Notes under the pieces: model-generated
Seen by the model: the letters and a program-made list of their open reading frames with translations, nothing else
Database searches by the model: none
Told to the model about the DNA's origin: nothing
Source: Reclinomonas americana ATCC 50394
Lineage: Eukaryota
Assembly (NCBI GenBank): GCA_048213135.1
Contig: PS015054.1
Span: 85,090-131,490 of the forward strand
Direction of reading: 5' to 3'
DNA length: 46,401 bases
In this document: piece after piece, positions 36,963 to 46,401 of the stretch
Position numbering within the stretch: position 1 is the first letter of the stretch
Layout of the letters: every line of letters starts with the position of its first letter
Program-made: the position numbers and the translations under genes

Positions 36963-39886
36963 ATGGCGGCAGTGACAGGTACGCGCTCTCCTTGCTTCTC
37001 ATCTGCATGCCTCTCCTCTCTCTCTCGCTGACTCGCGCTCGCCAGACTTGCAACGTCGACTTCGCGAAGCCGAACATGCGACGGTCTCGTTGCAAAAGCA
37101 GCAGCACTCGATGCAGCAACGAGTTGCGCGATGAGCGTGAGAGCACGCAACACACACACATTGCACACTGAGATCGCGTCTGCACAGGTCGACGAGCTCA
37201 TGGAGGAACTGCGCGTGACGCGACGCAAGTTGGAGACACAGACACACGAGTTTGACTTGCTCAAGCGCAGTGTTGCGTTGCCTCTGTGCATGCGTGCGCG
37301 TACGTGCTATGTACACACACTCTCTCACACTTCGACACACACACACACAGAGCGAAAAAGTAACGACACAGAAACGCGATTGCGATCGACAACTGGAAGA
37401 GGCGCGAAACTACATCAAACGACTCGAGTCTCGCGTGGCCAAGGATGTGCGAGGCATTCAGCTGGTGGAACGCAGTCAGGTGCGCCTTTTATACACGCAC
37501 TTGCCTCTCCTCCCCTCCTCGTTTCCTCACGCCAACTCTGATAGAACGCGGAACGAAGGGCAGCAGTCATGGAGCGATTGGTGGAGGATCGTGAACAGAA
37601 GGAGGTACAGACGCGAGAGCAGCTGGAGGCCGCGCAACGTGAGATTCGTCTCCTCACTGGTGCGCCGCTTGCCTCTTGCCTCTCTGTCTCCGCTGGTGTG
37701 TGTGGCTCACCGTGCGTTGGCAGAGGCACTGGAGATGAAGGCCGAAAACCTCGGTGTCACCGGCAACTATCGCAGCGTGCTGTTGTACGACATTGCCAAG
37801 CTGCGAGAGCAGAACAGGCAGCTGAATGTGCGCGTGGCGGAGATCCGGATGGAGCGCGACTCGATGACTGAGGAGTTGAAGCAGCAAGCCATGACTGGTG
37901 CGCTTCTTCTTCTCGTCTCTCTCTCTCTCTCTCCTCTCTCTCCTGTCCACAGATGCTGACTGGTGCGGCGTGCACGTGTATTAGTGGCTCGCATGCAGGA
38001 GATTACGCGGAGTGCGGGGGCGGCAGTGGACGAGGCTCGGCAGCGCATGAGCGATGCCGAAGAGGAGTCGAGGCAATCGCAGGAACGACTTGGTGCGGTG
38101 GAGCAGGAGAAGGAGGTGTTGCTGGAGTACATTGAGAAGCTGGTGGAGGAGAGTGCCACGTTCCGCACACGGGCCGAGCATGCTGAGGACGAGGCGCAGG
38201 GGCGCGCAGCTCAGGTTCAGTTGACTCGCAACTCGCCTGTCTCTCTGTCGCTCTTGCTGTCTGAAAACGTATCTCGCGCACAGGCTGCCGATCTGCAGGC
38301 ACAACTCTCGGCGTTGCAGCAACAGAAACGGTCGGTAGAGGAAAAGACGTCGGCGGCGCAGCTTGCACGCGATCTGCACGACAAGTCCACACGGAAAGAG
38401 TTGAAGACTGTTCAGCAACAGGTGTGTGTGCGCTCGTGTTTTCGCATACCTGGCGGATGCCTGACGGGGGGAGTTTTGTGTGTGCTGCACGATGCAGTGC
38501 GCTGAGCTGGAGGCTCGACTGCAAGAGGCGCTTCGTGTCAGTGGCGCACTGCAGCAAGATAATGCGGCACTGCGTACCGATTTTGCGCGTGTTCAGCAGC
38601 AGCAGAATGCAGACGAGATGCGAGTGCGCGAGTTGGCGCTGGCCATGAGTGACCTGCGTCGCGAGGTATACATGTGCTCCACCTTTCCACTCTCTTGTTC
38701 TCGATTCGGCTCAGTTTTGCGCACATACGCACACACAGAATGCCGCGCTGGCCGCGGAGCGCGATCGAGTACAGAGCGAATCGCAAAAGACCGAGGCTCG
38801 ATACCTCGACAAGATGAATCAGTTGCTCACCGAACTGAAGATGGTCATTAGCCAGCGGGACGCGGCCATTGCGGAGGCCAAGTCGCTGGCGGCCGCACGG
38901 GATTCCGCACGGCAGGCCGAGGAAAAGGTTTGCAGTGCATTATCCAACTTGGATCGCTCTATGATTGCATCGCTCACCGATGGATGGATGGGGCAGTCGA
39001 AAGCTGCCGACGATCGTGTCAACGAGGCCGAGCGAACCAAAGTGATGCTGAGACGAGCGCTCGCCACCCAGATCGAAGGTCTTCAGGTGCAGCTCGATGC
39101 CGCACATCGCAGCGTTGACGACCTCAAGGCACGCCTGCACGAGTCCGAGATTGATCGGCAGCGATTGAAAGTTCGTCCTCGGTGGGATGATGCTTGTTTC
39201 GTTCAAGGCACTCACCCCCCCTGTCTCCATCTGCGTGCAGTTGCTAGCTCAGTCCAGGAATCGTGGCGGGTCGCCGACACCGGCAAACATTGATCCGCGC
39301 TCGCCGTTTTCGCAGCTGAGTCCACTCGGGAGCTCCGTTGCCTCGCCGTTCGATCCGTCCGCTGCTGCCGCCGTCGACTCACCAAGCTCGTTGGGTGGTG
39401 AACTCGGCACTGCTCTGGCGGGTGGGCGGAGGAGGAGACGGGCGACCAAGGGCACGCTGCAAGACTCGACACCAACAGGCGACGAGGATGCCGACGAGTT
39501 GGATTTGAGCTCCAACTCCGAGGATGAGTTGGCCGACGATAGTGACGACGACGACGGCGACGATGGACAGCGGGCGAACGGCAACAGGAAGAATGGGAGG
39601 AGTGCAGTCGCCGACGACACGAGCAACGACACATCGACGCACCGAGCCGACGGCAAGCATGTTCGGATAGCAGCGACGGACAGCAACGCACAGCCGCTCG
39701 ATGTGCAGTTTCACATGGAGCAGGGCATGAGCGTGCCGGCTTCAGACTCGGCCGATGGTTTGTGGTGCACTTTGTCTCTTCTTGTCTTTCTCTTTCTGAC
39801 GTGGGGGAGAGGGAGCAGGCGCCTTGAAACCTCTGCGGACGCTAATGGATATTGCCGAGGCAGAGGAGGCCGATTTTTACTCGTGA
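36963..39886 (+). CDS. Long coiled-coil hypothetical protein with an acidic/disordered tail
   Basis: Consecutive GT-AG introns give a continuous E/Q/R/L/A-rich heptad frame from MAAVTDLQRRLRE to AEEADFYS-TGA. Confidence 0.75.
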
Positions 39887-39963
39887 ACAGCAAGCCACGA
39901 GAGAGTGACATAAAAACGTACATGTTTGTGTGTGCGTGTGTACCCAAACTGACACAATCTACT

Positions 39964-42900
39964 TTATTCTCCAAACAACGTGGCTTTGTAGCGGTTCACC
40001 AGCGACTGGAAGTCGTGGTCGTCCTTGCGATCCTGCAGCTTCTCGCGCGTTCTCGATCGCTTCTTCTCTACCACAGGCGCGCTGGCTGCTGCTCCTGCCC
40101 TTGCGGGCGCTGGCGCCGCCGAACGGACCATACGTGGCTTCCTCGTCATGGTGCCTTCCGGCTCACTCGCCACTCGTCTCTCCTCGCTGAAACGGCGGGC
40201 CTTGACCGGCGGCGTTCGATCTGACGAGTTTCTCTCCGACGGCGCGTCCGCACTGGGTGCCCGCTTTCGCTTCGATCCTGCTCCCGAGCCATTTTCTGTC
40301 GCCGTGGGTCGAGCACGACCAGGAGAAGGACCGCCGGCTGCAGCGCCACGTTCTTGCCTCTTGGGCCTCCTATCCTGCTGCTGCTGCTGGTGCGGCTTGT
40401 TGCGCCTTTCGTCACCCGACTTACGCTCCCGTGACGACTCCCTCCGAGCGCCGCCCGCAGGCGACGATGCTGCGACGCCGCCATTCTGCAATGCGGCCAA
40501 TCGCTGCTGACTGCGGTTCCGCCCGATCTCCTGATGCTTTCGCAGCTGCTGGAGAGCCAAGTGATTCTCCACCGCAAACTCGACTGACGGTCACACACGC
40601 AGTGTGAGGCAAAAAAAAGGAAATGTCACAGGACTGCGACGCGAGAGAGAACACGCACCAATTAACCGACGGTCCTTGGAGAAGTACTTCGGGTTGTTGT
40701 TGAGCGCTCGCAAGGCATGCAGTGCGTGCTCATGCTCGGCGAATTCGACGAAACCGAAACCGCGGCTGCGTGGCTCACCAGTGCTCGGATCGATGCGCTC
40801 CGGATCACGCACAATCTTGACCTGCTTGACAGCAGCCTTGCGGTTGCCGCCCTTGGTTTCATGAATCGCGGTCATGCACAGTTGACGGAGTGATGCCTCG
40901 TTGTAATGCACAGGTAGGTTGCGGACGGAGAGACGAGTCTGTTGCACATGGAGAGTGGTGAGGTGGAGAAAGCAGCGGAAGCAGAAGAAGAAGAATAATG
41001 GACGCAACGGTCGAGACAAAGTTGTTGGGGTTCTTCAGCTTCTCCTTCTTCTCCTTCCAGGCGGCCTCACGCTTCTTCATGTCGTACTCAGAGATCTCGG
41101 CAGCAGCCTCGCTGTCCGGCATGATCACTGCGCGTCGCAATTGTGTCAGCAAACAGGAAACGAAATAAGAGTTGGACGCAGTGATATGGCACACGCACCG
41201 CCCTCCTTGGCCAAGTACAAATTGCGGCCGTCGCTTTTCTTGGCCTCGTACTCCTTGCGCTCCTGCTGACGCCGTGCGGCCTCGTCGGAGGAGACGGCCT
41301 CACACAGAATCAAACGGCGACCCGATATTCTCACGCCCATGTCGCCGAGCTCCGTGTCCGTCACTAGGATTTTCTTGTTGCTCAACTTCTCCTTTCTGCG
41401 ATCAGCTGCCTGTTGCTCGAGTGCCTTCTCGGCAGCAGTTGACTGTGCGCAGACACGCACACAGACGATTGAGTAGGAGCTCAAGCAGGTGTGTGAGGGA
41501 GAGAGAGAGCTACTCACCACAGAGAGTGCCGCCTGCGCAGATTCACGCTTGGAGAATTGCACGAATGCAGTGCCGCGCGGATGTCCGGTAACCTTGTCGA
41601 GCACCACACGGCAGTAGGCGACACGGCCGAATTCGGAGAATCTGGCAACGCAGTCAGTCGCCGCCAAGAGATATGAGAAGCAGATCGACAGTGAGCAACA
41701 CACACACACCGCTCCTTCAATTCCTGCTCCGTCACCTCGAAAGGCACATTGCGTACAAACAGCAGTGCACCATCCTCCGCTGAACACAAGCACAAACAGT
41801 CAAACTCGTCAGCCTCATACGTTGTGTGTGGGGAGTAACGGTTCGGCGCAACGAAGATGCTTTGGGCGGGGTTCTGTGCACGTATGGCATGAGTGACTTG
41901 TCGACCACAACAAAACACACGCACAATCTCACACTGTTTCTCACCGTTCGTGGTAGTGGTAGCTTTCGCAGCGGCGGCAGCTACAGCACAGAAAGAAACA
42001 CACACATGAGTGCTTTCAAACCACAGAATGAACGGAGGAGATCGGGAGCGCAACAGCGGTGGTCGACGACATCGTCCGTGTCCATGACCTCGGCCAGTGC
42101 TTCCTGCTCATCAATCACTTCGTCGTCGCTGCCCTCTTCCTCATCTTCGTCCTCCTGCTCGTCATCATCACTGGCATCGCTCCCGTCGTCGCTCTCATCC
42201 TCCTCTGACTCCTCGGCGGCGACTGCATCATCGGCATTCTGCATCTCCTTGTCGTCCTCGTCTTCCTCTTCTTCGCCCTTCTTACTCTTCTTCTTGTTGC
42301 TGCCGTCCACCTCCATGTCGTCGGTCGCACCGCTCTCCTGCAGCATCTTCTCGTACTGCACCTTGGCCAGTGCGTGATCCACGGCAATCGTGCGTCCCAT
42401 GAATTCTGTCGCATTCATGCCAGCAATAGCCTGATATAGCATTCAGTGAAGGGTGATGGGAGGCAGAGCTGCAAAGACGGTCACACACCTCATCGGCCTC
42501 CTCTCGCGTCGACATTTGCACAAAGGCAAATCCACGCAGCCGACCGTCGGCCATGCGCGGGATGTTGGCGTCGACCACGTTGCCGAACTTGGAAAACGCC
42601 TTGCGCAGCTTTTCTTCGCCGCACTACCACCCATCCACACTCGTGAGTCGAGCATGCACCAGGCAAGTGAGCTGCAGAGGCAAAAAACGCAACGTGGAAA
42701 GGCATGTTGCGGATGATCAGACGGTGACCCTTGGTACTGAGCACAGCATCCTGCAATTGGGTGCGAGGCAGTGAGGAAAACACGCAAAAGCACTAAAATC
42801 CCCCTTGCGAGTCATGATACGCACTCCTGTGAAGCGCACGAGAAGCTTGCGAGCGGCACCCAGGGCTTTGCGTCCGTTGAGTTTGGTAACCACTTTCTTG

Positions 42901-43991
42901 GCGACCTCGTCCTTGACGTAGCGCACCGTCACTGCACACACACACGAGTGGCGACAAAGCAAATGAGATCAACACAGTGGGGACGTGATGCTACAATGCC
43001 CGTGCCATCCACTCACCTACATCGTCCTCGAAGTTGACGGCCTCGACAGCACCGTACTTCCGCAGCTTCTTCTCAATGGCTTTGCGATTCTCCGTCACCT
43101 CTTCCTCGCTCAGCCCGGTGATCTTGATGTCACGCAGCTTGATGGTGGGATGGTGAATCTCCCTACCACACAACAACGCGGGCGTCACACAACCATCGCG
43201 GACCATGCACACACACACACAGCTCGACGCAACTCGAGCTTCTTTCGGCGTCTTTCCTTCTGCTTCTCTCGCTTCTTGTCGATCTTGGCTCGACGACGTG
43301 CGGCCTCGGGGGTCTCGCCATCGATAGCCGCTGCAGTGGCCTTTTTTGCAGGCGAGGTGGTCGTGGTGCTCGTCGTGCCCTCGTCTGCAAGAAAACAACC
43401 GACGGAAATAATGAGCGAATGTCGCCCGCTGGTGGTGCTCTGCGTGGAGACACATACCTTCGACTTCTTGTCTGAAGCCACGCGGCTGCGCCCGGTCGAC
43501 CTTGAGCACTCGCCCCAGCCACTCAGTGCCATTCAGCGTCTCCACTGCGGTCACTGCATCGGCCTCCAGCGCACTGCATGCATACCACAAAGCTGCGTGA
43601 GCGTGGCCGCCGATCGGAGAATGCAAGACAACACGAGACGCAACAATTCCACAAAGGCGAATCCCTTGCTCTTGTGCGTCTCTGCACATACAGTACACAA
43701 GTCATCAGCAGAGGAAAGAGCACGGGTGCATGCCGAAACAACCAACCTCGATCGCACACAATGAAGGCGCGCTTGATTGGTGCCACTGCCGCAAAGTACT
43801 CCTCGACTGCACACATCGACACACACACAAAAAAAAAGAGTGAGGACCGGTGGTCACAGGGTCTGTGCATGTGAATGTGCACCAACACTCACACAGCCCC
43901 ATTCTTCTTCCACCACGCAACTTTTCTCATTGTCAGCCGAGAACGGCAGGTTCCGCACAAACACGGTGCACGGCAACTCGAGCTTCGGCAT
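39964..43991 (-). CDS. RBM28: Nucleolar multi-RRM ribosome biogenesis protein RBM28/Nop4
   Basis: RRMs VFVRNLP..SKGFAFVEF, RLIIRNMPF..RGFAFVQM, LFVRNVPF..PRGTAFVQF and RLSVRNLP..SRGFGFVEF; DGRNLYLAKEG, KLKNPNNFVS and ALRALNNNP signatures. Confidence 0.95.
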
Positions 43992-44093
43992 GCGGGCGGC
44001 TCACACAAACACACACTGCAAAAGACTGGACAGATTGATGAGTGCGAGCAACACTGTCCACAGCGATCCTGCACGACTACGTACGCGTAGACG

Positions 44094-45803
44094 ATGAGCT
44101 CGGTGGCGGAGAAGCGCAAGCGGGTTCTCCAGGAGCGCGAGCGCTTCTTCCGTCTGCGCGAAGCCGCTGCCGTGCAAGAAGAGATGACAGGAGGCGCATC
44201 CTCAGCTCCTCCTCCTCCTCCACAACAACAACGCGTTCGCACTCCATCGCCTCCACCACTAATGACAACTGCTGCAGTGCATCAGCCACCACGACGGCGG
44301 ACAGGAGCATCGGGCGCAGCGGTGCGATTGATCGGGGAAGGAGGGGTGTTATTTTCGCGCGCGCGCACGCCAGCTGATATGTGTGTGTTGTTGGCGCGTA
44401 GGCGGTCGATGCGGTACATACGGTGGAGGTACTGGATCGCTTGTGGACGCGCATGGAGGGGCGCATTCGTGAGGAGTTGGGCGTGCAGGCGTCGGCGGCG
44501 GCGCTGTTGCAGCAGCAGCAAAAGTTTCGCGTGCGATGACTTGTCCCTTGTGTTTTCCGCTCGGTCGCCTGACTGTGTGTCTGAGGGCAGGTTGGGTGCG
44601 GGTGGATCGGGTGCGGCGGTGGAGCTGGAGGCGTATCGGTGTGCGATCTGCTTGGAGATTATGGCGCCACCGGAACGGTGCCCGATTCTGTTGACACCGT
44701 GTGGGCACTCGTTTTGGTGCGTGCGTGCGTGTTTGTGTGTGCGAGTACACGTAGCGTGCGCTGAGCGATCGATGTTGATGGTGCTCGGCAGCGATCAGTG
44801 CATGGGTCGGTATCAGAAGCTCGGCAAGGCCACATGCCCAATGTGTCGCACACCAGTTGTGTATGCTGCATCGATGACAAGTTCATATCAACGACTGTGC
44901 TGATCTCTCCACTTCTGCAGATCAAGGCGAGCGCCAAGAACATCTCTCTGAAGCAAATCATCGAGGAGTACATTGTACAGGAGCGGGAGGTGTGTGTGTT
45001 GGCGTGGTGGGAAGCCACTCGTTCATGCGGATGAGTAACCCCTTTCAACGTATCATCGTCAGCACCAACGATCGCTGGCCAACGGGCCACCCAAGACGGC
45101 CCTGCAGCAAATGATATCGAGTGGTGCGCATGGTTCGAGTGCACTCGTCGCCAACGAGCGCATCCTCGAGGCCCTTCGTGACATTCCCGACGAGGAGACG
45201 CAACAGCGGGCACAGAGGTGTGTCTGCAGTCCCCTTGTCGGCACCGAGCATCTCTGTCTCTCTCACACACTCCCATCACGCGTTCAGGTACTTGCAGTCG
45301 TACCGCACCTACAACATTCGATACCAGGTGTTGTCGGACGAGTTGCGCGACACCATGGGCGAGCAGCGACAATCGCGTGAGAGGCACTCGCAGTTGCGTG
45401 CAGCGAGGATGAGGAACGAAGGCCAGCGTGGTCCACTCCTCACACCACTCCTGCAGACGCGAGAGGCAATGTCGCGACGTTGAAGCGCGTGCGGCATACC
45501 TGGAAGCACAGATCCGCTCAATGCAAGACGAACTGGAGATGTTGACGAGCCGGCTGCACGTGATGCACGACGAGGTGACGTTGCATGCCTGTAGCAAAGC
45601 GCATAAAGCGGGGAAGGAACTCAACAACGACCGTCTGTGTTTTGCAGTTGGACGAGGAACAAGCGACGCAGGAAGAGATCGACCAGCGTGTGGATCTGTG
45701 CCAGAGAACACTGACACAGGTCGAGCGAGACCGCGACAAGGCGCGAGTCTTTGTGGAGAACCTGTTCCCCAACCTGGATCTGGATCGCCTGGAGGATGGT
45801 TGA
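44094..45803 (+). CDS. RING-HC finger protein with coiled coils (probable E3 ligase)
   Basis: Spliced CAICLE...PCGHSFCDQC...CPMCR...NISLKQIIE; stop TGA 45801-45803. Confidence 0.85.
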
Positions 45804-46082
45804 CTTACGACGAGTAAAGGGGTGCAGTCCTTGTCCTTGTCGTCCTTTACATACCGACGCCTTACAAGGGCCTTACAACTGAACTGCACGCGGTGAGTGA
45901 GTGCCTACTCCCACATGCTCGCTGCTGTTGTGATCTAGAAGAAGTGGGCAGGAGAGGCAGGCGAGAGTTGTGGAAACCGCCATGGTCGTCAACACACTCT
46001 CACTCGCCCTCTCTCTCCCTCCCTCTTGCATCACTCTCACAGCTTCGGCAGCCATCCCACCACCTCGACACACCGACACACA

Positions 46083-46401
46083 ATGTCACTGCGCGGGTGA
46101 GTCTATTGTGGCACACACACACGTGCGCGCGCTCGTGGGAAGGGAGCGCGGCAAACGTGACTTAGCAGTGAGAGTGTCTGTGTAGATCGTCGTGTTTGTC
46201 GGCGTCGCCTGCCAGTGCCTTGTCGTCGTCGTCGTCGTCACTAGAGGGTTTCAGTTTGCCACCGTTGCCGGCAGACGCGTCGTTGCATTGCAATGGTGGC
46301 GGCAACGCGACAGACGCGACATGCATGCATGCACTGTTGGGTGTTGGACTCTCTCTCTCTCTCTCCTTCTCTCTCTCTCTCGTCTCTACGTACGTCCGTA
46401 C
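46083..46401 (+). CDS. Possible 5' part of a further gene, truncated by the window edge
   Basis: ATG 46083 and a GTGAGT...TAG intron (46098-46185) leading into an open Ser-rich frame; the frame is ambiguous. Confidence 0.25.

Noticed and set aside
8990-43991. Functional cluster of RNA-processing genes (ZFC3H1, THOC6, RBM28) or of the 7TM-kinase with G-alpha
   Set aside because: The genes are dispersed among unrelated housekeeping genes; co-location is expected by chance at this density
2835-44862. Reading the shifted donors as non-canonical TT-AG introns
   Set aside because: Cutting after the G breaks the frame or creates stops (e.g. TAG at G-alpha 30053); GT cleavage restores conserved motifs
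1-46401. Stop-codon reassignment or pseudogenes suggested by fragmented ORFs
   Set aside because: The interruptions examined resolve as GT-AG (one GC-AG) introns, and all three stop codons terminate genes

Overview
Gene-dense, GC-rich nuclear DNA of an intron-rich unicellular eukaryote; the organism cannot be identified from sequence alone. The code is standard (TGA, TAA and TAG all act as stops). Introns are mostly about 55-100 nt, so the six-frame ORF track is largely exon fragments and antisense shadows. Manual splicing gives about 17 complete genes plus two edge fragments: a BAR-like protein, a 7-TM receptor fused to a TKL kinase, an acylated low-complexity protein, CDPF1, PMP3, ZFC3H1, a PEX19-domain protein, WDR62/MAPKBP1, ALG5, THOC6, a G-protein alpha subunit, a small acidic protein, a METTL21-type methyltransferase, a CRTAC1-like protein ending in RDEL, tafazzin, a coiled-coil protein, RBM28/NOP4 and a RING protein. 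The most striking signal is in splicing. About 30 introns begin with a one-nucleotide-shifted donor, GTTG[C/A/T]G (mostly GTTGCGT), which almost never follows an exonic G, alongside ordinary G|GTGMGT donors. Also notable are 4-nt and 6-nt micro-exons, a GC-AG intron and gene spacers as short as 7-43 nt. No rRNA, tRNA, CRISPR or mobile element was recognised. All gene models are manual and lack transcript support.
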